Shown here: in pieces, positions 26,183 through 40,916 of the stretch | How the letters are laid out: each line of letters starts with the position of its first letter | Position numbering within the stretch: the first letter of the stretch is position 1 | Source of the DNA: Octopus vulgaris | Lineage: Eukaryota | Assembly: GCA_951406725.2 (NCBI GenBank) | Contig: OX597815.1 | Location: 149,544,001-149,608,000, forward strand | Direction: 5' to 3' | DNA: 64,000 nucleotides | Position numbers and translations under genes: made by a program | The notes under the pieces: model-generated | Databases searched by the model: none | What the model was told of the DNA's origin: nothing | What the model saw: only the letters and a program-made list of their open reading frames with translations

Positions 26183-27780
26183 AAAAGTTTGTGAAGACTT
26201 CTACACCAAGCTCTTTAAGTCTACCAGAAATGTCCAGCCGTTACCACCACTCCAACAGGAAGAAAGCGTGCCACCTATACTTGCCAGTGAGGTTGAAAGA
26301 GCCATCGGCTCGATGAAAAACGGAAAGGCTCCAGGGAAAGACGGTATAACATCGGAGGTGCTAAAGTCAGGCAGAGAGCAGCTCTGGAAAATCCTCGCTG
26401 AGCGACTTACGCACTATCTAGACGAGGGAAGAATTCCCTCGCAGTGGAAAGAGTCAAATACCATCCTGCTGTATAAGAAGCGCGACAGAGAAGATCTAAA
26501 GAACTACGGAACCTTATGCCTGCTGTCTCACGTGTACAAGCTGTTCACGAAGATAATTCTGAACAGGTTGTCACGTCGTCTCGACGAACAACAACCGAGG
26601 GAGCAAGCAGGCTTCCGGAAGAACTACAGCACAATGGACCATATATTTGCTCTAACGCAACTGCTTGAGCGAGCAAATGAGTACAAGCTGCCTCTTTGCG
26701 TTGCGTTTATAGATGATGAGAAGGCCTTCGATAGCGTCGAAACCAACGCAGTGCTGAACTCGCTGCAGAGGCAAGGAATCGAAGCGCAATATATGCAGCT
26801 GCTCACCGAGGCAAATTCCGGATACACCACCGACATAGCTCTACTGTCATCACCCATACGAGTGCCTGTCGAGAAGGGAGTGAAGCAAGGAGATAAAATC
26901 TCCCCAAAACTTTTCACTGCATGTCTCGAACAGATCATCAGAAGCATCGAATGGCAAGGTGTCAACATCAATGGCGAGCTCGTCACTCACCTCCGTTTCG
27001 CTGACGATATCGTACTCATCGCTGAAAACATGGATCAGCTTCAGACCATGCTGACGGAGCTCGACATCTAAAGTTCTGCAGTAGGTCTCAAGATGAACCG
27101 CATGAAAATAAAGTTCATGCGGTCAGACAATGTAACAACAGGTCGAATGGTGATCGGCAGTGATGAAATAGGAGGTGAGATAATATGTCTACCTGGGACA
27201 GGAAGTAAATATATGCTGGGATATCAAAAAGGAGATCTCACGGAGAGTAAGGGCCGGATGGGAGGCATTCAATGGCATAAGGGATGTGCTCAAGGGAAGG
27301 TTGGACAGGACCACCCGCGCCAACCTCATTAACAGGGCAGTTCTGCTTGCAATGTTATATGGTAGTGAAACATGGGCTACCACAAAGAGAGAAGAGCAAA
27401 GACTGGTAACGGCTCAAAGAGCCATGAAAAGGTCAATGCTTGGTATCTCGTTGAGAGAGCACATCAGTAGCAAGATCATCAGAAAGAAGTCCGGCGTGAG
27501 AGATGTCATCGCAGAGTATACACGCAGCAGGTATAGATGGGCTGGACACGTCGCCCGACTCACCGATAATCAGTGGACGCACGCAGTTGTCGAGTGGTAC
27601 CCGCGTGAGCGGAAAAGACCACCCGGAAGACCTCCACGACGGTGGAGTTATGATTTCAAGAGGACGATGGGGATCACGTGGATGAGAAAGGCGCGATCCA
27701 GAGAGGAGTGGACAGCGTGCTTTTACCACCGGTGTCAAATGGACGCCTGACGGACTGGTCGGTCAAAGTGATCAAAGTGA
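26179..27780 (+). mobile_element. 5'-truncated RTE-clade LINE (reverse transcriptase pseudo-ORF)
   Basis: GKAPGKDGI, QQPREQAGFR, FIDDEKAFDSV, GVKQGDKISPKLF, LRFADDIVL, MLYGSETW, RWAGHVAR, RPPGRPPRRW. Stop at 27069-27071 and a frameshift near 27175. Short tandem tail TCAAAGTGATCAAAGTGAT; (TA)n on both sides. The N-terminus of the called ORF (25986-26178) is not part of the element. Confidence 0.95.
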
Positions 27781-27807
27781 TATATATATATATATATATA
27801 TATACAA

Positions 27808-27838
<31 letters not shown>

Positions 27839-27839
27839 A

Positions 27840-28452
27840 TTTTTTTTTTCTAGTTTCAGCTCAGAGCTGCGGCCATGCTGATGCACCGCCGTTTTGTGCT
27901 ACACTGTTATTGCGTCGAACCTCGTCTAATATGTGGCACTTGGTGAAGAATGGAGTTTGATACAGCTACTCTCATTTGCACCTCTTGCCGTGAGGTAGGT
28001 TCATCTGGGACTCTTGACAGGAAGATGTCCAGCTTTGATTTAAAAACCGCTACATCTACTTTGTGCAAGTTCCTCAGACTCTTTGGGAGAATATTAAAAA
28101 GCTGTGGGCCCTTGAAACCCAGGCTGTTGCAGAAGCTGGTCCTGAAGCGTGATGGTATTGCTGGCATATTTGGCACTATGCAGTGTCGTCCCGTTCTAGG
28201 ATTGGTGTAGCTTACAATGCCAAAATTTGGCACAATTCCTTCCAGGATCTTCCAGACATATATTACTGCATACCTCTTCCGTCTTCTCTCCAGGGAGAAG
28301 AGTTTTAGCTGTTTCAACCTTTCCCAGTAGCTGAGCTGTTGCAAAGAGACGATCTTCTTTGTGAATCTTCTCTAGATTGCTTCAAGGTCTGCTGTTAATT
28401 TTACACTGGTGGATGACCATAGCTGTGAGCAGTAATCCAGGCGACTGAGGAC
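27840..28452 (-). mobile_element. CR1-group LINE 3' fragment
   Basis: VLSRLDYCSQLWS...LSYWERLKQLKLFSLERRR...LFNILPKSLR...FKSKLDIFLSRVPDEP; 3' UTR GGCGGTGCATCAGCATGGCCGCAGCTCTGAGCTGAAACTAG + poly(A). Confidence 0.9.
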
Positions 28453-29790
<1,338 letters not shown>

Positions 29791-30677
29791 TGGGAAAAGA
29801 AAAAAACAAAATAGAATAATAGTCATAAATATGTTTGTGTACTTTTGTGAATAAATATATTTCTGAGCATTAGTTTAAATCTGATAATAACAATATGCTA
29901 AGAATTTATTTCGAAATAGGAAATATCTCCTTTTATTCTTTCATACTATAAGGAAAAATACATGTTATTCAGACAATTTATTAAAAAGAAATTTTATTCT
30001 CACTAGTACTGTAAAACAAAAACAACCTTCGATTTGTCATGGCTAAAGAGTGGAGAAAAATTTATTCAAATACTTTATCCTCACTTGGCCTATACTAAAT
30101 AATATTTTAAATCACATCCATTACTAAAATTCAATCAAAATTAAAAATTACGTCGTTTATTTAAGAAAATAACATTCTCAAAATTAAAAACCGTAAATAC
30201 ACATTATCATAATAACATAATTATATTATAATAAACACAATTGCAGCGTGGAAGGTGTTTGTAAACCATTTAAAAAGAGACAAAAAGCATTAGATTCACT
30301 TCAACATTTAAATTTAATTTGCGAAAATATTTCCGTCTCTTTGAGTGAACAGGTTACGGTCTCAAAGCGAGGAAAATATTTTGGCAAATTAAATTTAAAA
30401 GTTGAAGTGAATCTAACAGTTCTTGTGTGTTTTGAAATGGCTTATAAACAACTTACACGATGCGGTTGTTTTTGTTTCAGCACACTAGCTCAGATCAGGT
30501 CACTTGCTATGCAAGTATATCTCTATACTATAATAGAAAATTACTGAAGTGAATAAAAAAATGCAACCTTGAAATATTTAAAAATTAAAAAGTTTTTTTT
30601 TTTAAATCTAAATACACCGATATTAAACAATTGTATACAAATTACGATTAGTCATTTGTATATAAAATAAATAAACA

Positions 30678-31255
30678 AGCCGTTTGGAATACTACTCCCA
30701 GCTATGGTCACACAAAAGTGTAAAATTAACAGCGGACCTTGAAGCAATACAGCGAACCTCACACGATGATAGTCTCATTGCAACAGCGCGGCTACTGGGA
30801 AAGGCTGAAACAGCTAAGACTCTACTACTTGGAGTGAAGGCAGGGGGGAGGGGTGCAGAAAAATACATCTGGAAGATCCTGGAAGAAATTCTGCCAAATT
30901 TTGGCATTGAAAGCTACACCAATGCCAGAACGGGTCAACACTGCTCAGTGCCAAATATGCCAGCAATGCCATCGCGCTTCAGGACTTGTTACTGCAACAG
31001 CCTGGGTTTTCCCAAAGAGCCTGAGAGACCTACACAAAGTGGATGTATATGTTTTCAAAGCGAAGTTGGACCTCTTCCTGTTGAGAGTCCCAGATGAACC
31101 TACCTCACGGCAAGAGGTGCAAATGAGGGTAGTGACATCAAACTCCATTATTCTCCAAATGCCACATATTAGAAGAATCTCTCAGTAGAATCTCTGTGTA
31201 TCAATACGGCGGTGCCCCAGCATGGCCACATTTCTGAGCTGAAACTAAAAAATAC
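30678..31255 (+). mobile_element. CR1-group LINE 3' fragment (second copy)
   Basis: EYYSQLWS..SVKLTADLEAIQR, YIWKILEEILPNFGI, FKAKLDLFLLRVPDEPTSRQEVQMR; tail GGCGGTGCCCCAGCATGGCCACATTTCTGAGCTGAAACTAAAAAA; homologous to 27840-28452. Confidence 0.9.
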
Positions 31256-31897
31256 AAATATAAATAAACAAATAAATGATCAAAATGTCAGTTAGTTTTC
31301 AGCGGAAAATAACGTACTGCATATCTGTATGTTTATAATTTTTTATGGATTCATACTTTCGAAAGACTAGAAGAACAGGAGATATTTAATTTTACAATAG
31401 CAATTGACTAAGTATCATAGGGTCTACGATGAATATTCGTATAATTATATATGTTTAAAATTTATTTTAAACATATATAATTATGATTAAGAATTGTTAT
31501 AATATGCGTTAATGTTATAGTCATTGTTTATTTACGTATTAATCTCTTATTTATACTAATAATTACATAAAAAGTAATAAATAAATAAATAACAAAATTC
31601 TACTTAGTTTTCCAGAGGAAAATAAACTGCTGTAAATCAATATATATATAATTTTATGCATTCATATTTTCGAAAACAAGAGAAGAACCAGAAATGCATA
31701 AGACAATAGAAATGTTTTTTAATTACTATAGGGTCTACTATAAAGTTATTTGTATATTATTAAATTTAATTTAAATGATTATAATTATTGAAGATAAACT
31801 AAAATAAAGTATAACTTTTATTCATTTATCAATATAGTTATATACTTAAGATAAATACATTAGGGCATTTGTATATATTAATCTTATATTAGAAAAT

Positions 31898-32148
31898 TAT
31901 TGGTTTGGTGCATAATTATTGCAGCTTTTTTCAACAAATTTTATTCAACAAAAATAATAATGATATTTAACAAAACATCTTTAAATGACAGTCTGACCGT
32001 CTGCAAAGCAAATGGGAAGCAGTAATTGAATTGGGTGGTGAAAAAACTCGGGAATAATCATTTAAAGATATTTTTGTGATATGTTATTTTTTTTTGTTGA
32101 ATAAAATTTGTTCAAAAAAGACCACAACAATTATGCACCAACCCAATA
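31898..32148. mobile_element. Mariner-derived MITE
   Basis: TIRs TATTGGTTTGGTGCATAATTATTGC / CAACAATTATGCACCAACCCAATA with ~90 bp arms; core encodes DRLQSKWEAVIELGGE, like a mariner transposase C-terminus. Confidence 0.88.
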
Positions 32149-32639
32149 TATTATATACAATATAATACTAAATTAAGTTAGTACTTTACTGAATTATCAT
32201 AAATATCCCTATTAAAATACTCATTTAAACTTACGAATCAATCAGTCCTAATAATATATGATTTCAAAATTCAATTACATCAAAATATGTATCACGTGAT
32301 AAGGATGGGTAAAGCCCCAGAAGATAAACAGCATTCACATCATCATCAATAATGTTAGAGTTTTACAACATTACGTACCTATTAATTAATTTAATTAATT
32401 TGATTACATATCAATTTATTTCGTTATTTATATTCTTTAATTACGTAATCATCCATTAAGTAATATGTATATGAATTCAAATACATATACATATACACAC
32501 ACATACGATACACATATGCGCGCGCACACATATACACATACACATATATACATATAAACACATACATAGACACACATATATACACACGTCATACATCATA
32601 TATATATATATGTGTATGCATATTCACTTACATATATCA

Positions 32640-32640
<1 letters not shown>

Positions 32641-32700
<60 letters not shown>
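32641..32700. repeat. (TAA)n microsatellite
   Basis: About 20 perfect units. Confidence 0.95.
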
Positions 32701-33169
32701 GATAACTAACAAATAATTAGCTATTCTTTCATATATATATATATACACATATATATATATAACTATAGACTTACCCATATATATTCACATGAATATGTAT
32801 AAATCTATAGATTAAATAGTAAATAAATATATAATTATATAATTATTATTCATTCAAATTAAGATTTACTGACTTTAATTTAAATAATTTTAACTAAATT
32901 TTATGTACTTACACCATTCTATTGGATTAATATATCCTTACTAATAAATTTAGCAAATAATTATAATATATATATCACATCATATATACATACACACGTC
33001 CAGACCTCTCATACGCACTAATACTCTCTCATACACACACACACACTCTTCTCATACACGCACACACACTCTTATGTTGGAGCGAGGTCATTTAACCCCA
33101 TTATCTCCCCTAACTTCGCTCTTGCGTCTCACGTTTGATCTTTGACTTCTGGCCGAAATCAGATCGCCA

Positions 33170-33410
33170 TGTTGATTCGCTAGCCTCTGCACGCATATTT
33201 TTTTTTTCTCTCCTTCTTTCTGTGTTTTTTCTCTGTGTATCTTTCTGTTGAAGAACGTAGGCTCGAAACGTTAAAGACTTGTTTTATTTATATTTCCTGA
33301 GCGCCATACTAATACAATTGCTTGTTTGTATTCCACCTGCCTTCGTCTTTTGTTTATTTCCGTAAACCTGCCTTCGTCTTTTGTCTATTTTCATAAAGCT
33401 TCCCGTTATA
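33170..33410 (+). mobile_element. Short Penelope pLTR-like element with variant minimal hammerhead (33240-33277)
   Basis: TCTTT-CTGTTGA-AGAACGTAGGCTC-GAAA-CG-TT-AAAGA with a perfect 5 bp stem I; inverse-orientation relative of 51711-51893 and 22342-22420. Confidence 0.65.
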
Positions 33411-33799
33411 TATATATATATATATATACATGAATATCCATACATATATATAGGCGCAATATATACTGTGACGTGATACTAATGTACGAACGTAGGATAC
33501 ATACAGAAGCTTATAAACTTAATCATGTGTTCATTCTCTACAAACTCTTGACAGTAAACATTCAGAGTATTGATTGTTTGGACATGTTTTGTCAACCATG
33601 CCAGCTTTAACTTACGACACCAAGCATTGTCACAAATACTAACAGGTGGGTGTAGCGGGGAACCTACAAAAATTTCTTAGAGCATTCATGTCACTATCCT
33701 CTACCAATCAAATCCTATTCAAAATATATACAAATTTGAGCCATAATTTTCCTAAATAATCAATTTAATTTAATATTTTCTAAACCCATATATTGAAGA

Positions 33800-34750
33800 G
33801 TGTTTACAAGATAAAACACCTTCCTTTCTGTCATTAAACAGTTTCTGATTTTTGAACTTTAAAATTTAGTATATTTCTTCTCCACTTAAGTTACATTAGT
33901 TATCAAAAATGTTATAAGATTTAGCATGACTAAGTATTTGTCTTTTAATGTTCTACAATTAATTATTATCCTTAAACTTCCATGTGAATTTACTTAAACG
34001 GGTGCTACTCAACTGGTCGCTGTTCCTAAAACTATATTCATGGTTTGCAATACGTCGTTTAATAAAATTGTCAGTGCACCTAATGTAGAAGTAATTATTC
34101 CTCTCAGATTCTACTTTACAAAGTTATATTGCATACACAAATTATTGAAATAACAATTATATCATTAAATCTATAATCACAAAGTTCTAGCTACATAATT
34201 ATTATTAAGTCCATTACTAGAGATAGTGACAAAATTTTTATTATTTCTATTATTATAAAAAAAATATCTTTTTTTTTTTTTTATTAATCGAAAAGATAAC
34301 TCGAAATATGTTTATAGATACGGAAGAACCAAATCTAACTGTTTTATTATAAATTATTTTATTATATCTATTTTCGTTATTGAAATGTTTAGATATAGAT
34401 CTATAAAACAATTTAACGAAATTAGTTATTATTTGTGTAGTACATGGCATAATAACCCAAATATTATTCCTTTTATCAAAATTCTTATTATGTGATTTAT
34501 CCAAATTTACATACAGGGTAGGCTTTTTAGTTTTAAACTTATTTTTATTCAGAACGTTATTGCTGCTATTATTATCATTATAGTTATCATTATTATTATA
34601 CTGACTTAGCGAATCCACATTACTAGTATTAATTTTAGAACACAGATTTACACTATATTCTACTATACTCTTAATTTGGATATTCTTAAATGTATCAGTT
34701 TTACTTTTATTACAACTAGCATTAGAGCCACAACCACCCATCCCGTTGTA
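33800..34750 (-). mobile_element. Penelope-like element remnant (RT C-terminal linker + GIY-YIG)
   Basis: KRNNIWVIMP...TNFVKLFYRSISKHF...RYNKI..NKTVRFGSS resembles the PLE IWFNPP...TVKVSYS region, then YFYIRCTDNFIKRRIANHEYSFRN...STRLSKFTWKFK...CNL...CKH; many stops. Confidence 0.8.
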
Positions 34751-36673
34751 TATCGTTTTATAATTACTATAATGATATTTTTAGACTTCATCCTTTTTGA
34801 AATATACAATTTTATTCAGGGCCTGCTTTATTGAGGGCCACATCATAATATTCTGCATTAGTGTTGAAAATTTCCTCTACAATCAAAGTAATCATACGAC
34901 TTTATGTTTCTAGAAAATAGGGAAAATATTTGGCAATGCCCCATCCTATTAATGATAATATCATGGACAGTTATAAAATAAACTTTACTAGATATAATCA
35001 AATTATAAAATAATATTTAGGCCATCTGAAGAAGTGATCAGCCGACGAGTGAGCCTTTACCTCAACGCGGAATACAGGAGAAACAATAAATATTATATTG
35101 CAAATTACGCCATATTGTCATATTAATGGATTAATACATTGAAATCTACCTCAAATCACGCCTTTTTGCTTCATAGATAACTGGATACACGAGATAATCT
35201 AGACATTGATTCATACATTGACGAGATGATCACGGTGGTAAAACATTTGATCATAAAGATGCTCGAATAGATTTGACTTGATTAAAACAACAATAACAAC
35301 TTATGATATATTACTGTTGTATAACACTAATAAACATTAACTACAGGGAAATACTACTAAATATGAAATGAACTTATATTAATATAATATGCATGTATAG
35401 TACTACAGACAGGCATTATCCTTATAGACACCCAGATGAATACATAACACACACTATTAAGAACTACAACAATTTAGCCGCAATCATACCAGATTTAATA
35501 TGTGCCATCAATAGAAATGTGTTCAATAAATCTTCTGATTCTGTTATCATTAATCACACTGAAATCCTTTACAGACATGCATTGAATAGAATTTAGAAAT
35601 ATGAAAATATCTTGATGAGACTCCACAATGTTATGAAAGTAAGAAAGTAAGAATATTTACAATATTTGGATTATCGTCGTCACCCAGTTAGTGTAATTTT
35701 AGTTTCTAATTGAATAAGAGAGTTCCAACTAATGTGAAATAAATCTGATCTTATCAGCCAGAAAGTTCATAACCTATTTTTGATGCGAATAGGATAAAAG
35801 TTAGCTATATTTGCCTGGAAAATATCATATCGAACATATAACAAGGAAGAAATCAAATAACTCAGCAGCAAGTAATTGAAGGAATATTATATATTTAGTT
35901 ATAATAGCATCAATATACAGTATCAGAAATAAGAATAGAACTAAGAGAATTCATTCATACACTCTCTTTCATATTAGTGCTAAAATAATGCTTCCTTCTG
36001 TGTCTCAAATATTCTGGGAACGTTAGAGAAAGAGTATTAGCAACCTAACGTTGTGCATTATTGTCGTTGTACCACCATAACTTAAAGATTGAATAAATTT
36101 CGAATTAGGAATTATATCTGTGAAAATATGTTTGATATAGCAGTTAGGGCTGTTAAAATGTTTAGCTTAAAATGCTTAAATATTTAATTTTCTGCCTATC
36201 TATTGACAATAGATAATAACGATACTTGTAATTAAAAATAGTTAACCATACCCATTATCGTACTGAACAACAAATAGCAACGGAACAGCAATTGTAATGC
36301 ATTCGTATTTATCTGCACAATATACAAGATATAAGTAGTTTATCATATTTACATCATATTTACACTCATAATTACTAAAGCGTGTCACTAAGGTTATAAC
36401 GATCAAACTACCTACCTCAAAAAAACGGTGAATCAAAATTGACTAGTGGAAACATTAAACAAGAATAACAGCAATATTAAACTAATCTACTTACAATTTA
36501 TTAATTTCTTCATCACAAACCATATACGCTAATGAGTATTAAACAAAAGTGCTCATATGATCAGGCATTGCCATAAGGTCAGGATTTATCCCGTGGTTTT
36601 CTGCTACAGGTCCAGGTCAACCAATAACCATTGATTGAATTTATTAGCCAGAAACTGTGTGGCATATTCCAGT

Positions 36674-36743
<70 letters not shown>

Positions 36744-36870
36744 TTATATATATAGAGATATATATAGAGATATATATATTTATATAAATAAGGATAAGAT
36801 CGATATTTGAATACCGAGCTTATCAAGTGGCCAGCATGGGAATAAAACTTTTCAAAGGTAATAATTATTT

Positions 36871-37047
36871 AAAGTTATAATTTAGGGTATCTAAGAGATA
36901 CATCCACGCTGGAAATAGGAGTCAAAGTTGACTCTAAAACCACATTAATGGTGGTAATGTATGAACATTTAATGTGGTTTTAGATTCAAGTTTTGACTGA
37001 TATTTACGGCGTGGAGGTATCTCTTAGATACCCTAAATTATAATTTT
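36871..37047. repeat. Fold-back mini-element
   Basis: TTATAATTTAGGGTATCTAAGAGATAC...CTAAAACCACATTAA is inverted as TTAATGTGGTTTTAG...GTATCTCTTAGATACCCTAAATTATAA; ~78 bp arms, ~20 nt loop. Confidence 0.9.
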
Positions 37048-37066
37048 ATAGATATAAATAGATATG

Positions 37067-37610
37067 TTTCTTTATTAGCCACACAGGGCTGCACACAGAC
37101 AGGACAGATTATAAAGTAGAGATTTTCTTTTTGGGGAGAAAAAAATAAAGTGGGGTAGGTTTTCGATCAAAAGGGATCGTAAAAGGGAAACAAAAAGACC
37201 ATCAATAGGCATCATGTATCACAGAAATGTCATGATGTAAAGTGTAAAGGGGGAAGCAGATAAGGTTTATCCGTGGAAAGAAAAGCCTACGGAAAAGACC
37301 ACGGTAACCTCGGTCAGTAATGTCACATGTTAACACATTTGTTTCCAAGTAAGTAACTCTATTAAATTTTTCCGGATTCATAGGATTATGCTCAAGGTGG
37401 CATCGTCATTCATACGTGCGATCCTTGCTAGATTCACCCATCTTTTTTTTTTTAAACATTCGCTAGACAAAACTTACCTGTCTACTCTCACTTTCCTTTT
37501 CAAGTGAAACTTGAAGAATTTGATTAGAGATTGACCAGGTAGGAAAGTGTTTGTATCCAATCATTTCAGATGCGTCCACCAGATACGTTCTTTCGCCATA
37601 AACACAAAAA
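37067..37610 (-). mobile_element. L1/Tx1-group LINE 3' fragment
   Basis: MAKERIWWTHLK...FFKFHLKRKVRVDR..LS...RWV resembles a Tx1-type ORF2 C-terminus; pyrimidine-rich 3' UTR ending AATAAAGAAA. Confidence 0.6.
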
Positions 37611-37750
37611 ATAGATAGATAGATAGATAGATAGATAGATTGATAGATAGATAGATAGGTAGGTAGGTAGGTAGGTAGGTAGGTAGGTAGGTAGATAGGT
37701 AGGTAAGTAGATAGGTACATACATATCTTTGTATGTATATGTATGTGTGT

Positions 37751-37789
<39 letters not shown>

Positions 37790-38931
37790 CACGTGTGTGT
37801 ATGTCACGGTACCTAAGTATTTTTCGTACCTCCACCGTTTGGCTGCCGACGTTGATTTGTCTACATCTCTTCCACCTAACAATGCATTGAGAAAAGTCTG
37901 CAGAATAAGTACTGGACTTTAAAAACACAATACTGTAGTAGGTCTGTTCGACAACAACTCCTCAAAGCTGTGCTACAGACTAGCATTTCTTGAAATGATT
38001 GTAACAAGTAAAAGATGAACACATTTAAAACTGGTAGAATCCGGTTTTTCAATAAAGGATTTCAATATAGATTTCAACCAGATATCTCTAAACATGAACA
38101 TAGTTCTAGAAGGTTTGTAATACATTCTTAGTAAATACATTCTTAGTAAATATCGGCAAAGTTCTCAAAATGCATTTGCAAATATGGGTATATATGCTGC
38201 TTGTTTCTTAAGGTATACTTAATTCTGATTGATGTCATTGATATATTCTTCAAACCCTGAATACTAAACAGTGTAATAATTTGTATGATTGGCAGAATTT
38301 TACCAAGTGGAAGTTAGGATTTGCATGAACATTAGTATTAACGAAATAATCAATTCGTGGAGGGTTTTAAATTCATTATTTTCCTGTTTTAGAATTGTGG
38401 CAACAACAAACTAACATTTGATAATTTAATTCGAAATGCCAATACATTTTATTTTTGATATCCGTGTCTGAATACTTCAACGGATTCGAAATATTCATTC
38501 CATTCATAGAATCCATTAAGCGTCAACAACATGACTACTCTTAATCACAAAAGGTCATATGAAATCGTTATTTCTATTCCACTTTTGTGTTAGAAATCGA
38601 AAATTTGAACGAACTTGAAGGTAATACTTTTCGTATCCATATATGTTAATGTACGCTGCTTGAGGAATATGCTGGGTTATTATATAAAATATATAAGGTG
38701 GTAAGCATTGAAAGATGTTGCATTAAAAATATTAAAAATCGTTACATACATTACATCATTTACAAGCAAGTGAATTGCTCAAAAGTTCGTTCCCTTCCCT
38801 ACAAATATTTATATACATATACATGGGCTATTTTAGATACACGGAGAGCCGAATACGCACACTCACACATGCGCATATACATGCATAATCATATATATAT
38901 ACACATGAGTGCTTATGTATATATATATTAT

Positions 38932-38990
38932 ATTTATTCTTTTATTTGTTTCAGTCATGTGATAACGGCCATGATGGAGCCTCGCCGTTA
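38932..38990 (-). mobile_element. SINE family 1 3' tail joined to a 5S copy
   Basis: Minus strand GGCGAGGCTCCATCATGGCCGTTATCACATGACTGAAACAAATAAAAGAATAAA matches the SINE tail GGCGGTGCTCCAGCATGGCCGCAGTCAAATGACTGAAACAAGTAAA. Confidence 0.8.
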
Positions 38991-39000
38991 ACTTTTTTTA

Positions 39001-39120
39001 ATGCATACAGCACCTAAGTGTCCTAAGACGTCACCCATCTAAGTACTAACAAGGCTCGATGTTGATTAACTTCGGTGATCGGACGAGAACCGTTGCTTTC
39101 AACCTGATATGGCCGTAACC
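39001..39120 (-). rRNA. 5S: 5S rRNA copy, full length, probably a retro-pseudogene
   Basis: Minus strand GGTTACGGCCATATCAGGTTGAAAGCAACGGTTCTCGTCCGATCACCGAAGTTAATCAACATCGAGCCTTGTTAGTACTTAGATGGGTGACGTCTTAGGACACTTAGGTGCTGTATGCAT (120 nt) follows the metazoan 5S consensus. Helix I has two mismatches, boxes A and C are altered, and it is followed by an A-run instead of a T terminator. Confidence 0.93.
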
Positions 39121-39126
39121 CCCCCC

Positions 39127-39281
<155 letters not shown>

Positions 39282-39509
39282 TTATATATATCATACTATA
39301 TAATATTATATCATACACATTATCTTATATTATTTTTAACAAAAAAACAATTAAATGATAGTATATTAGTTGTGACTGGGCACCCTTTCAGTTGAGGGTG
39401 GACACCTTACTCTCCTGGCAACCGATATTTTTAGATCCAGTTCGCCACTGATTCCACATACGGAACACATATAATTGCAACGCCACCAATGGCAGCCATA
39501 CTTCCTTCG

Positions 39510-39771
39510 TTTTCTTTTATTTGTTTTACTGCAGTTGTTTCTGTAGTTATACTGCCGCCATATTGGAGTACCAACTTGAGGCGTTTAGCGAAAGAAATCA
39601 ACTCAGCATAATTATTTGTAAAAAGAAACCTATCGGCTCTAATTTATTGACCAGCTACATCTGAGCGACATAAAGAAGCCAATACCGCTTGTGAAGAGGC
39701 GGTGGGAACAAACAGAAATCCACACACACAGATACCCCCACACACACCCTATATCTATCTATACATATATA

Positions 39772-39855
<84 letters not shown>

Positions 39856-40037
39856 TACATATATATACACACAGAATGGGTTTCTTTCATTTTACGTCTC
39901 CTAATTCCATTCACAAGTCATTGGTTGTTCCGGGGCTATAGCTGAAGGAACAGAATTGTCTAATGTGCCCTGCCGTGGGACTGAACCCGAAAGCTTGCGG
40001 TTGGGATTTAGACTTCCTACCACACAGCCGTGCCGTC
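39510..40037 (-). mobile_element. SINE family 1, degraded full-length
   Basis: Minus strand head GGCTGTGTGGTAGGAAG...GGTTCAGTCCCACGG, internal (TA)n, degenerate 3' half and tail. Confidence 0.75.
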
Positions 40038-40179
40038 ATCCTCTGTTTGCTGAATATCTTTTCTGCAACGTACGCCAGTATTGCATTTAAACTTTTGTTT
40101 GGAATCATTTCATGGATAAAATATTCTAAACTGCAGCACCTATTGCTTACTTGCTTACACCCGAGGAAACACAGAAGTA

Positions 40180-40869
40180 CAAGAAGAAGGATAAGAAGAA
40201 GAAGAGGAAGCAGATGAAGAAGAAGAAGAAGAAGATGATGATGTTGATGATGATGATGAAGAACTAGAAGAAAAAGAAGAAGAAAGAAGAAGAAGAAGAA
40301 GAAGAAGAAGAAGAAGAAGAAGAAAGAAGAAGAAGAAGAAGAAGAAGAAGATGATGATGATGATGATGATGATGATGAAGAACTAGAAGAAGAAGAAGAA
40401 GAAGAAGAAGAAGAAGAAGAAGAAGAAAGAAGAAGAAGAAGAAGAAGAAGAAGAAGAAGATGATGATGATGATGATGAAGAAGAACTAGAAGAAAAAGAA
40501 GAAGAAGAAGAAGAAGAAAGAAGAAAAAGAAGAAGAAGAAGAAGAAGAAGAAGAAGAAGAAGAAGAAGAAGAAGAAGAAGAAGAAAAAGAAGAAGAAGAA
40601 GAAGAAGGAGAAGGAGAAGAAGAAGAAGAAGAAGAAGAAGAAGAAGAAGGAGAAGAAGAAGGAGAAGAAGAAGAAGAAGAAGAAGATGAAGAAAGAAGAA
40701 AAAGAAGAAGAAGAAGAAGAAGAAGAAGAAGGAAGAAGAAGGAGGAAGAAGAAGAAGAAGAAGAAGGAGGAGGAGGAGGAAGAAGAAGAAGAAGAAGAAG
40801 AAGAAGAAGAAGAAAGAAGAAAAAGAAGAAGAAGAAGAAGAAGAAGAAGGAGAAGAAGAAGAAGAAGAA

Positions 40870-40916
<47 letters not shown>

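Noticed and set aside
25986-27071. 361 aa ORF as an intact host or RT gene
   Set aside because: The N-terminus is flank plus (TA)n; the rest is a 5'-truncated RTE with no endonuclease, a premature stop and a frameshift.
39001-39120. Functional 5S rDNA unit
   Set aside because: Single copy, no T-run terminator, helix I mismatches, altered A and C boxes, and fused to a retroposon tail; kept as a probable pseudogene.
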